DNA of 64,000 bases. It comes from Desulfovibrionaceae bacterium. Its GTDB lineage: Bacteria > Desulfobacterota > Desulfovibrionia > Desulfovibrionales > Desulfovibrionaceae. The stretch is taken from the NCBI GenBank assembly GCA_031550525.1, contig JAVBON010000026.1, positions 16,704 through 80,703 on the forward strand, in the 5' to 3' direction. The translations under genes and the position numbers were made by a program. This document shows, piece after piece, positions 8,693-17,206 of the stretch (its first letter is position 1; each line of letters begins with the position of its first letter). The notes under the pieces were generated by a model, which saw nothing but the letters and a program-made list of their open reading frames with translations, was not told where the DNA came from and did no database searches.

Positions 8693-8720
8693 CCGGAGAT
8701 GTATTCTAATAAAAATTGCT

Positions 8721-8767
8721 TATAATCCAAGCCCCTCTCAACCAGGTTGAGAGGGGCTTGGATTATA
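8721..8767. terminator. Long perfect palindrome between convergent genes (bidirectional terminator candidate)
   Basis: TATAATCCAAGCCCCTCTCAACC-A-GGTTGAGAGGGGCTTGGATTATA. Confidence 0.6.
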
Positions 8768-8919
8768 AAACACCGATAAAGTTTTAACAGACCTTAAAAC
8801 ACAGCGCATCCGCCTTGCCGTGCCAAACGGCTGGTTACACCTTGCCCAGCATTACTCCGGCAGCTAGCGCAAAACGCGCTTCACCACGGCAGTTAGCCAA
8901 AACGCGCTTTACGGCCCTA

Positions 8920-9585
8920 TTATTTAGCGCCAAGGTGCACGAATTTTTCAATATTCATGCAGTACGCTATGCCGCCGCCGGGCTGGTTGAGAATGGGCAC
9001 TTCGCTTATGGCTTTAAGTATGGCGTCGGCCTTTTCGTTTTCGCCGGCAATAAGCAGCATATCTTTTTCCGGCACGAGGGTAATGCCGAAAAACTTCACA
9101 TCCTCCTCAGTGCCAGTGCCGCGCGCGCTGAATATGGTGCCGCCGTGGGCGCCTGCCTTGCGGGCCGCTTCCATAACATCGTCTCCATAGCCGGAGTTTA
9201 CTATAACGGTAATCAACTGGTAGCCGGATTCCATTCTCGTACCTTCTGGTTTTTGTATTTCCTGATTATCCGCGCCGGTGCGGCTTAACACGCTGGAAAC
9301 ATCCAGCAGCATGCCCCTGCCGCCAAACTTGCCGGGGTGCTGCTCCGCCGTGGAGGTAACGGCCTCAAGCACGGCATCGCACTCGTCGCAGAGCAGGGTA
9401 AAAACAACATCCTGCATGACATCGGCCAAAGAAAGGGCCTGCAAAATGCGGTTTCCATGAAAACTTCTGCCCAGCGTCACCGTGCCGCCGCGCGCTCCCG
9501 CCGCCTTGGCTATGGACATGAGCTTGTCGCCTTTGTTCCGGCCCACCATACAGATAAGGAGCTTATAGTTGAACAGTTTCTTCAT
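8920..9585 (-). CDS. Tandem P-II-like (GlnB-fold) protein
   Basis: 221 aa with two repeats: YKLLICMVGRNKGDKLMSIAKAAGARGGTVTLGRS and YQLITVIVNSGYGDDVMEAARKAGAHGGTIFSARGTG. The start shares one nucleotide with the upstream stop (TAATG on the reverse strand). Confidence 0.7.
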   Translation of the reverse strand: MKKLFNYKLLICMVGRNKGDKLMSIAKAAGARGGTVTLGRSFHGNRILQALSLADVMQDVVFTLLCDECDAVLEAVTSTAEQHPGKFGGRGMLLDVSSVLSRTGADNQEIQKPEGTRMESGYQLITVIVNSGYGDDVMEAARKAGAHGGTIFSARGTGTEEDVKFFGITLVPEKDMLLIAGENEKADAILKAISEVPILNQPGGGIAYCMNIEKFVHLGAK

Positions 9586-11078
9586 TACGCCGCCCCTCTT
9601 TCATTTTCTCGCCGCATTGCCTGTTTTTCCTTGAATTTGAAGATCAGCCCCAATACCTGTATTGTTATAAGAGGGGCCAAGGCTATCATGGCCACCATGC
9701 CGAAGCCGTCCGTGGCCGGGTTGCCCCCGCAGGCCACCGCCCCGCCAAGGGTCATGGAAAGCACAAAAGTTGTGGACATGGGGCCAGAGGCCACCCCGCC
9801 CGAGTCAAAGGCTATGCCGGTAAATAACGGCGGGCAGAACTTGGTAAGAACAAGCGCCAAAGCATAACCTGGTATTAAAACCCACCAGATGCTGAAGCCG
9901 AATACAACTCGCGTCATGCCCACGCCCACGGCCATGGCAATGCTTATGGAAAGGGCAACAAGCATTATGAAACGCTTGATATGCCCGCCGGAGACCTCTT
10001 CCACCTGCTTGGTAAGCACCCATACGGCAGGCTCGGCGCATACCACCACAGCCCCGAAAAGCACGCCTATGGGTATAAGCACGCCGCCGTCGCCAATGGC
10101 CCCCAAAGCGTTGCCCAACGATTGTCCGGCCATCATAAACCCACTTTTAACCCCAAGCATGAATATGACAAGGCCTATATAAGAGTATACCAGACCGGTA
10201 ATCATTCTCTTTACCTGATGGGCAGGCAGTTTGAGCAGAACAACCTGGAAAAATAAAAATATAAGCAAAAGCGGGAAAAGAGCCAAAAATATTTCCTCAG
10301 CCACGGGGGGCAGTAACTCAAGGCAGCGGTCCAGCACCGGCATTTGCACATAAGCCTCGGCGTGATACTCGCCCGCGCTCAAGCTGGTATTGGACAAAAA
10401 ACCCATAAAGGCCACGGCCGCTATTGGCCCTATTGAGGCAAGCCCTACCAGCCCGAAGCTGTTGTCCTCGCCTTCCTTCTTTTTGGTGGCTGCGGCCACG
10501 CCCAGGCCCATGGCCATTATAAAAGGCACTGTAACCGGCCCGGTGGTAGCGCCGCCCGCGTCAAAGGCCACGCCCACAAAGCCAGCGTCAACAAAGGCGC
10601 AAAATATAAAAACCAAAAGGTAAAAAAGTATAAGCAGCCAGCGCAAGGGCCAGCCCAATACCGTGCGCACGGTGCCCACCAGCAGGAACAACCCCACGCC
10701 AACGGCAATCATGATCAAAAGCTGGTTCTTGTCCACAGTTGGCGCAACGCCATGCACCTGGGTAGCCAGCACCTGCACGTCCGGCTCGGCAATGGTTATA
10801 GCGAAGCCAATGGAAAAAGAGGCTATCAGTATAAGCGTGATGCTTTGTTTGTGCGCCAGTGCCGAACCCACGCGCTGCCCGAACGGCACCATGCCCAAAT
10901 CCGCGCCCAGCAAAAAAACCCCAAGCCCCAAAATAACCATGCCTCCGCTTACAATAAACAGCGGGAGCTGGCCTGGCTGCAAAGGGGATATGCTGAAATG
11001 CAAAGCGATTACCACCAGCATAACCGGCACAACGGATATGAGCGACTCCTCAATTTTTGCTTTAAAGTTGGAAATCAA
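9585..11078 (-). CDS. DUF1538 family integral membrane protein (internally duplicated)
   Basis: 497 aa and polytopic. The motifs FDAGGATTGPVTVPFIMAMGLG and FDSGGVASGPMSTTFVLSMTLG recur in the two halves. It uses a TTG start with AAGGAG 6 nt upstream. Confidence 0.7.
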   Translation of the reverse strand: MISNFKAKIEESLISVVPVMLVVIALHFSISPLQPGQLPLFIVSGGMVILGLGVFLLGADLGMVPFGQRVGSALAHKQSITLILIASFSIGFAITIAEPDVQVLATQVHGVAPTVDKNQLLIMIAVGVGLFLLVGTVRTVLGWPLRWLLILFYLLVFIFCAFVDAGFVGVAFDAGGATTGPVTVPFIMAMGLGVAAATKKKEGEDNSFGLVGLASIGPIAAVAFMGFLSNTSLSAGEYHAEAYVQMPVLDRCLELLPPVAEEIFLALFPLLLIFLFFQVVLLKLPAHQVKRMITGLVYSYIGLVIFMLGVKSGFMMAGQSLGNALGAIGDGGVLIPIGVLFGAVVVCAEPAVWVLTKQVEEVSGGHIKRFIMLVALSISIAMAVGVGMTRVVFGFSIWWVLIPGYALALVLTKFCPPLFTGIAFDSGGVASGPMSTTFVLSMTLGGAVACGGNPATDGFGMVAMIALAPLITIQVLGLIFKFKEKQAMRRENERGAA

Positions 11079-11285
11079 TTATAACTCCTTGCACCATAAA
11101 GACGAATTAATTGGAAGTAAGCATAAGCGTCAGGCAGCACGCTGAATGTGAGGTATTTTAAATAAACTTGCGCCAATATCAAGTAAACTCTGCTTGCGGG
11201 CAAAAATAAAGTAACCGGCGGGACGGGAAAGAAAAATATGACTATTACAATTATAGTGTAACCATGCTTTGCTTGCGTAAAAAAA

Positions 11286-11316
11286 CGCCGGGGCTGTCAG
11301 GCCCCGGCGTTTTTTT
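11286..11316 (-). terminator. Rho-independent terminator (A-tract/T-tract on both sides)
   Basis: CGCCGGGGC-TGTCAG-GCCCCGGCG flanked by AAAAAAA and TTTTTTT. It lies just downstream of the stop of the 11329-11751 gene. Confidence 0.8.
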
Positions 11317-11328
11317 ACGCAAAACTTG

Positions 11329-11751
11329 CTAAACCACCACGTCAATCATTGTTCCCATCATGTCGTCATAGGTGCGCACCAAAACGGCATTGGCCGAAAT
11401 GGCGTTTTCATGGCTGATCAGGTCCGTGAACTCGCGCTCTAGCTGCACGTTGCTGAGTTCCTGCGGGGTAGGGGCATGGGTAACAGGCATGGCGGCCTGC
11501 GCCTCGGCCTCTCTGGCCGCTTCCTGCGCTCCCACGGATGTATTGTTCGGGTCGTCAAAGCCCGGTACGGCGCCCGAAGTCTCTTTGGTTATGCCCGCCA
11601 CCTGCACACCGTTGCCGTAAGGCGCATCCTGATATTGCACCCGCCCGGCCTGAAACCCGTTGGTGTTGACGTTGGCCACGTTATTGGCAATGGACATAAC
11701 GCCCACGCTATATGCATTTAAAGCTGAAGAGGCTATTCCCATAATGCTCAT
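11329..11751 (-). CDS. Flagellar basal-body rod family protein (small, orphan)
   Basis: 140 aa. The N-terminal SALNAYSVGVMSIANNVANVNTNGFQAGRV matches the conserved rod/hook N-terminal signature (ANNxAN.nT.GF). Confidence 0.65.
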   Translation of the reverse strand: MSIMGIASSALNAYSVGVMSIANNVANVNTNGFQAGRVQYQDAPYGNGVQVAGITKETSGAVPGFDDPNNTSVGAQEAAREAEAQAAMPVTHAPTPQELSNVQLEREFTDLISHENAISANAVLVRTYDDMMGTMIDVVV

Positions 11752-11875
11752 AATTCACCTCTGCCGGAAGTATAGCCCGCGCTCGCGCTATGCGCAAGCG
11801 CATCCGGCGCGGGCTTTTACTTGAGACGGAACTCCATATTAACCTCAAGATAAGTATTAGGGCGCGCTAACGCTA

Positions 11876-12469
11876 TTATTTTCCGCCCAGCCAGCCGGAA
11901 ATCATGGCATCGTAGGCCGAAGTGGCGGCAAAGGCCGCCGCGGCGGTTTTACGGCGAAAATCCAGCGGAGCCCGCATGGCGTTGCTTTGCAGCAAGGCTT
12001 TGGCCTCGCCATAAAATTCCGTGCCGGGCAATACCAGCACGGAATGATAATTCTTGGCCGAAGCCCGCAGCAGGCAAGGCCCGCCGATGTCTATTTCTTC
12101 GATAGTGGCGCGGGTATCGAGTTTTTTAGCCAAAGCGCCGGAAAAATCGTACAGGTTGACGCAGACCAGGTCAAAGGTTTGTATCTGCAAATCGGCCAGG
12201 GTTTTCAGGTGTTCGGGGTTGTCTTTGTCCGCCAGAATGCCGCCATGGATTTTGGGGTGCAGGGTTTTAACGCGTCCGCCCATAATTTCTGGAAAGCCGG
12301 TTACGTCGCTTACCTGCTTTACGGGCAAGCCTGCATCGCGCAGGGATTTAAAGGTGCCGCCGGTGGAAACCAGCTCCACGCCATTGCCGGACAAAAAACC
12401 GGCAAAATCCGCCAGGCCGCTTTTATCGGTAACGCTTAACAGCGCTCTTTTCACAGGTAAAAAATCCAT
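11876..12469 (-). CDS. purH: Stand-alone IMP cyclohydrolase (PurH N-terminal MGS-like domain only)
   Basis: 197 aa. KRALLSVTDKSGLADFAGFL..GVELVSTGGT...GGRVKTLHPKIHGGIL...DLVCVNLYDF...IDIGGPCLLRASAKN matches the PurH cyclohydrolase half. There is no AICAR transformylase domain. Confidence 0.85.
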   Translation of the reverse strand: MDFLPVKRALLSVTDKSGLADFAGFLSGNGVELVSTGGTFKSLRDAGLPVKQVSDVTGFPEIMGGRVKTLHPKIHGGILADKDNPEHLKTLADLQIQTFDLVCVNLYDFSGALAKKLDTRATIEEIDIGGPCLLRASAKNYHSVLVLPGTEFYGEAKALLQSNAMRAPLDFRRKTAAAAFAATSAYDAMISGWLGGK

Positions 12470-12627
12470 AATGCTCTCCTTATTGGCAAAGGTACTTCAC
12501 GCAAGGGCTGTTTTTGCCATGAAAGCGCCCTGCTGGCAAGCGCCGCCCCGGCCTTTAAAAACTTGAACTAGCGCGGCCTATGCGTTAAGTATGCTTTAGC
12601 TTGGCATGCTGGCCGCAAACAGCCCTT

Positions 12628-13641
12628 ATGCAACCGGACCAGACTTTTCACTCACACGGAGAAATTTTGATTACCGTAACTAATCTGCAAGAAATTTCAG
12701 TCCTTTTGGCTCATGGCTCGGTTGTAAGCTGGGGCAACTTCGACGGCGTGCACCTTGGGCATCAGGCCCTTGCCGCCGTGCTTGCGGCCAAAGCGGCCGA
12801 TGCTGGCCTGCCCTCCGTAGCCGTAACCTTTGACCCGCACCCGGCACTGTTTTTCAGCAGTGGCGCGCGCAGGCACTGTATTACGGATACAGCCGACAAA
12901 CTGACCCTGCTGGAGCGGCTGGGCCTGGATTACACGCTGGTGCTGCCCTTTGACGCGGCTTTTGCGGCGCAAACCCCACGTGCCTTCGCGCAGGGGGTGC
13001 TGGCCGGCGCCCTGCGCGCCAAATACGTTGTGCTAGGCCACGATTTGGGCTTTGGCCAAAACCGCTCCGGCGGCTTTGAAACGCTGCAAAAGCTGGGGCG
13101 AGAACTCGCTTTTGAGGTGCAATGCGCCAATGCCGTAACGCTACCCGGACAAAACACGCCTGTAAGCTCCACCGGCGTGCGCGAGGCCATAAAAAACGGC
13201 AATATGGACAAGGCCACGGCCATGTTGGGCCGCGTGCACAGCGTGCATGCCAATGTGCGCCACGGAGCGCGGCGCGGCACGGGGCTTTTGGGCTTTCCCA
13301 CCGCAAATATAGACCCCGGCCCTCTGCTGCTGCCCCCGCACGGCGTGTATGCCTGCCTGGCCAAAGTGGATGGCGGCTTTTACGCAGCGGCCACAAACTT
13401 GGGCGTAAACCCCAGCTTTGGCGGCGATACCCCCTCGCTGGAGGCGCATATGCTGGATTTTGAAGGTGATTTGTACGGAAAGGACCTGCGCCTTTACTTC
13501 CTGAGTTTTATCCGGCCGGAACAAAAATTCGATTCCATCGACGCGCTGAAAGCGCAAATAGGCAAAGATGTGCAAAACACAAGGCAAATAGTGGAACAAG
13601 CCCGCGCCCAGGCGGCTTTTTCCGCCCTCTTCCCTCTGTAA
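12628..13641 (+). CDS. ribF: Bifunctional riboflavin kinase / FMN adenylyltransferase
   Basis: Contains GNFDGVHLGHQ, VTFDPHP, SST.VR and a C-terminal kinase region (PTANI...GVY...LEAHMLDFEGDLYG). The start is uncertain: the track TTG is at 12601, I list the ATG at 12628, and TTG 12667 with GGAG upstream is also plausible. Confidence 0.9.
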   Translation: MQPDQTFHSHGEILITVTNLQEISVLLAHGSVVSWGNFDGVHLGHQALAAVLAAKAADAGLPSVAVTFDPHPALFFSSGARRHCITDTADKLTLLERLGLDYTLVLPFDAAFAAQTPRAFAQGVLAGALRAKYVVLGHDLGFGQNRSGGFETLQKLGRELAFEVQCANAVTLPGQNTPVSSTGVREAIKNGNMDKATAMLGRVHSVHANVRHGARRGTGLLGFPTANIDPGPLLLPPHGVYACLAKVDGGFYAAATNLGVNPSFGGDTPSLEAHMLDFEGDLYGKDLRLYFLSFIRPEQKFDSIDALKAQIGKDVQNTRQIVEQARAQAAFSALFPL

Positions 13642-13655
13642 CAAAAAGGTAAACC

Positions 13656-14282
13656 ATGCGTGCTTTTATATTATCGCTGCTCTTGCTGCTGCTACCGGCC
13701 ATACCGGCCTTTGCCGCAACCCAAAATGCGCCGCAAGACGTGCCCGCCCTGCTGCAAATGGCCATTGACGAGCAGGATGCTGATGCGGCTCTCAAACATA
13801 TGGATATTGAAGCCGTAATAAACAATATTGTAACCACCCAACTGCCGCAAATAAACGCCGCCGTGCTGCAGGGCAACATCAGGCTCAACCAGGCGCTGGT
13901 AACCGCCCTGGCCGCGCTTAACTCGGGCAATGCCGCCACGCGGCGCACGGTGGTAATTTTTTTGAGCGCCGAAATGAGCAAATTCATTACCTTTGGCGTT
14001 AACAGCGGCGCTTTTGCCGGCACGCCCATATCTGAAAATGAAAGAATGAGCATGGATACCGGCGTATTCGGCCAATTGGGCACAATTTCCATACAACGCA
14101 AAGAATTTTCCGGCACAAAACTGTTAAGTTTGGACGGCAATAAAGCGCTCATAAGCACAAATCTGCGTGATTTCGGCGCGAAAAAAATTTATCCGCTTGA
14201 ATTACAATTGCAAAAATCTGATAATGTATGGAAGGTAACAAGCATACATAATATAGAAGCGTTGCTTGCAAGCGCTAATTAA
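13656..14282 (+). CDS. Secreted hypothetical protein
   Basis: 208 aa with a clear signal peptide, MRAFILSLLLLLLPAIPAFAA. I do not recognise a family. Confidence 0.55.
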   Translation: MRAFILSLLLLLLPAIPAFAATQNAPQDVPALLQMAIDEQDADAALKHMDIEAVINNIVTTQLPQINAAVLQGNIRLNQALVTALAALNSGNAATRRTVVIFLSAEMSKFITFGVNSGAFAGTPISENERMSMDTGVFGQLGTISIQRKEFSGTKLLSLDGNKALISTNLRDFGAKKIYPLELQLQKSDNVWKVTSIHNIEALLASAN

Positions 14283-14311
14283 AAAGCAGCATTGCTTTAA
14301 AGGAGGCTATA

Positions 14312-15319
14312 ATGCGCCTGATATCATCAGCAGGCTTTCGCCTTAACCTTGAACGCGGCTTCTTCAGAGCACTGGCCATATTGGCTGTGTTTTTACTTAT
14401 TCCGTCAGTTTGCGCCACGGCGGCCACGCCTGCCTACCTGCCTTACCCAAGCACCGATTCCACAGTAATCAACCCCTACGGGGCCAGCGATGAGACCGCG
14501 CTGCTGCTTAACGCTCTACGCGTCTCGTACCAGGCGGCCACAGGAAAAAATCTGAACGTGCGCACCGTTACCGGCCGCGGCGGAGCCAGCGGCTGGGGCG
14601 AGCTGGCCTCGCAGCCGGGCGATGGCTACAACCTTGCCGCCACCAACCTGCAAAACGTGATTTTGCGCTCCATGTCGCGGCGGCCGGTATTTCAGCTTAA
14701 CGACGTTTACAACGTATGCGTAATGGCCGAGGCCCCACTAGTGCTGTGGGTGCCTGCATCCAGCCCCTTTACCAGCATTGCGGATCTGGCAGCGTCGGCC
14801 AGGGCGTATCCTGAGCAGCTTATCATAGCAGGGGCGGGCAGCCTTACCATAAACCACCTTGCCAGCCTGCAATTCAACTTTTTCAGCGGCAGCAAGACCG
14901 TGTATCTGCCCTATCTTGGCACAACCACGGCCATGCAGGCCGTGGCCATGGGGCAGGCCCACGCGGCCTGGGGGTACCCCTTGGCCGACTTTGGCCGCCA
15001 GATGGGCATGCGCCCGCTGGCCGTGGCTTCTTCAGAGCGCCTGGCGCAAATGCCGGATGTGCCTACTTTTGACGAAGCGGGCATAGGCCTGTTTGCGCAC
15101 AGCTATTTCGGGCTGGCCCTGCCTCAGTCCGCCACGCCCGCCATACGGCAGGAAGTCGGCAACGTCATGAACGACGTAATAAGCTCGCCGGAATTTCAAA
15201 ACACCATAAGAACGCTGGGCTTCACGCCCCTGGTTGTATCGGGGCAGGCTCTTAACCAACTGGTTGGCGAGCAAGTGGTTAGCTTGGGCGACCTGCTTAA
15301 AGATTACGCCATGGAATAA
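14312..15319 (+). CDS. tctC: Tripartite tricarboxylate transporter substrate-binding protein (TctC/Bug family), orphan
   Basis: 335 aa with an AGGAGG RBS, a signal sequence, and GRGGASGWGELASQPGDGYNLAATNL, typical of the Bug/TctC family. There are no tctAB genes nearby. Confidence 0.75.
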   Translation: MRLISSAGFRLNLERGFFRALAILAVFLLIPSVCATAATPAYLPYPSTDSTVINPYGASDETALLLNALRVSYQAATGKNLNVRTVTGRGGASGWGELASQPGDGYNLAATNLQNVILRSMSRRPVFQLNDVYNVCVMAEAPLVLWVPASSPFTSIADLAASARAYPEQLIIAGAGSLTINHLASLQFNFFSGSKTVYLPYLGTTTAMQAVAMGQAHAAWGYPLADFGRQMGMRPLAVASSERLAQMPDVPTFDEAGIGLFAHSYFGLALPQSATPAIRQEVGNVMNDVISSPEFQNTIRTLGFTPLVVSGQALNQLVGEQVVSLGDLLKDYAME

Positions 15320-15357
15320 CGGCTGAGCCACGCGGATACGGCCCGTAAGATAAAAAA

Positions 15358-15409
15358 CCCGCCCCGGAGCAAGCCTTGCGCTTGAGCTCTGGGGCGGGCA
15401 AAATTTTCG
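15358..15409 (+). terminator. Rho-independent terminator after the tctC-like gene
   Basis: CCCGCCCCGGAGC ... GCTCTGGGGCGGG forms a 13-bp stem, followed by CAAAATTTT. Confidence 0.65.
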
Positions 15410-15508
15410 GCTTATACTAAAAAAAATTCTGACCTGTTGCAAAAAAACAGAATTTACTTTTTACCCAGTAGCATATTCGTAATCACAAACCTGATTTTTT
15501 AACAAAGC

Positions 15509-15733
15509 TTCCGGGTCAAGGGGGTCCAGAATTCGCACTCCCTACAGCCCTGCCCGCGATATAACTCTCCTGCCAGAAACAGTTACGCATGTGCGATGCA
15601 AGCTACATTTGCGGGTCTGGGCGGACAATTTTACAGGGAAGCAAAATCAGACACCGGAGCGGAAGTAAGCCGCCCCGAAGGGGTGAGGCGCGGGACGTGC
15701 CTAATCAGCCCAGCGCTCATAAATCCGGCTTCA
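15509..15733 (+). repeat. Long, degenerate member of the intergenic repeat family
   Basis: The 5' module CCGGGTCAAGGGGGTCC and the 3' module GCCCAGCGCTCATAAATCCGGCTTCA flank an unrelated GC-rich core that contains GGGTCTGGGCGGA. Confidence 0.55.
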
Positions 15734-15746
15734 ACCTCTGCTGCCT

Positions 15747-17195
15747 TTACTCTATTATGCCCAGCGACTTAAGCTTGCGGTGCAGATAACTGCGTTCCAT
15801 TTTTATGGCCTCGGCCAGTTTGCTTACGTTGCCTTCACACTCGCGGAATTTTTCTTCAAGATAGCGGGCCTCGAACAGGGCTCTGGCGGCCTTGAAGTCA
15901 TTGCCGTCCATTTCTTCAGGCAAGACATTAAGGGGTGAGGCCTGCGGAGCAACGGCGCCAGCCGGAGCGGCAGCAGGCGCAATTGCGGCCGGAGCCGGCG
16001 CGCAGACCAGGCCGGGGCTCATTTCCAGCGGCAGCATATTGCTGGTTACGGTTTGCCCGTTATGCATAATGAGCATGCGCTCCACAAAATTGCGCAGCTC
16101 ACGCACGTTGCCAGGCCAGCGGTAGCGCAGCAGCGCCTGGCGGGCCGAATCGTCAAAAGCCATGGGCCGCAGGGCGTAATCCTTTTGAAAACGCCCGGCG
16201 AAGTGGTCCAGCATAAGCAATATGTCGCTGCCGCGCTCGCGCAGCGGGGGCATGGTCAGAGGGAACACCCGCAGGCGGTAGTAAAGGTCTTCGCGGAACT
16301 GCCCCCCGGCTATGGCCTTTTCCAGATTCTTGTTGGTGGCGGCTATAACGCGCACATCGACCTTAATGGTCTTGTTTCCGCCCACACGCTCAAAACTCTG
16401 CTCCTGCAAGATGCGCAGTATCTTGGCCTGGGTTTTGATGCTCATGTCGCCTATTTCGTCCAGAAACAAGGTGCCTTGGTGGGCCAGCTCAAACTTGCCC
16501 GCCTTGGCGCTTTCCGCGCCGGTAAAAGCGCCTCTCTCGTGTCCGAAAAGCTCGCTTTCTATAAGCTCTTCCGGTATGGCCGCGCAGTTTACGGCCACCA
16601 TTGGCTTATCAGCCCTGTGACTGTGCGAGTGGATGTAACGCGCGGCAATTTCTTTGCCGGTGCCGTTTTCGCCGGTTAAAAGCACCCAAGTATCCAAGGG
16701 CGCGACTTTATCCATGCTGTAGCGCAGGTTGCGCATGGGGGGCGAATCGCCAAGCAAATCTTCATTCAACTGCGCGGGCAGGCTGGATTTAAGAGCCTGG
16801 TTCTCGCGCTGCAGGGCCTTGAACTCCAAGGCTCTGGCGACAGAAATAAGCACTTTCTCCAGAGAGAGCGGTTTTTCTATAAAATCATGCGCGCCGTTTT
16901 TAATGGCCGAGACCGCGTGCTCAATGGTGGCATGGCCTGAAATCATGAGCACGGGAAGCTGTGGATGGATCTGGCGAATATGCTCCAGCACCTTTGGGCC
17001 GTCCATTCCAGGCAGCCATATGTCCAAAAAAATCAAATCAATATCGTTATGGGCCAATACTTCAAGGCCAAGCTCGCCGCTTTCGGCCTCCAGCACGGCA
17101 TAGCCCTCGTCTTCAAGTATGCCGCGCAACGAAAAACGTATACCCGCCTCGTCATCGATTATGAGAATATTCACCGGCTTGTTGCTGCTTGTCAT
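15747..17195 (-). CDS. sigma54-dependent response regulator (NtrC family: REC + AAA+ + Fis-type HTH)
   Basis: REC motifs are ILIIDDE and DLIFLDIWLPGMDG. AAA+ motifs are GENGTGKE, GAFTGA and FREDLYYRL. The HTH is NVSKLAEAIKMERSYLHRKLKSLGI. Confidence 0.92.
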   Translation of the reverse strand: MTSSNKPVNILIIDDEAGIRFSLRGILEDEGYAVLEAESGELGLEVLAHNDIDLIFLDIWLPGMDGPKVLEHIRQIHPQLPVLMISGHATIEHAVSAIKNGAHDFIEKPLSLEKVLISVARALEFKALQRENQALKSSLPAQLNEDLLGDSPPMRNLRYSMDKVAPLDTWVLLTGENGTGKEIAARYIHSHSHRADKPMVAVNCAAIPEELIESELFGHERGAFTGAESAKAGKFELAHQGTLFLDEIGDMSIKTQAKILRILQEQSFERVGGNKTIKVDVRVIAATNKNLEKAIAGGQFREDLYYRLRVFPLTMPPLRERGSDILLMLDHFAGRFQKDYALRPMAFDDSARQALLRYRWPGNVRELRNFVERMLIMHNGQTVTSNMLPLEMSPGLVCAPAPAAIAPAAAPAGAVAPQASPLNVLPEEMDGNDFKAARALFEARYLEEKFRECEGNVSKLAEAIKMERSYLHRKLKSLGIIE

Positions 17196-17206
17196 TTACG
17201 CGCCGC

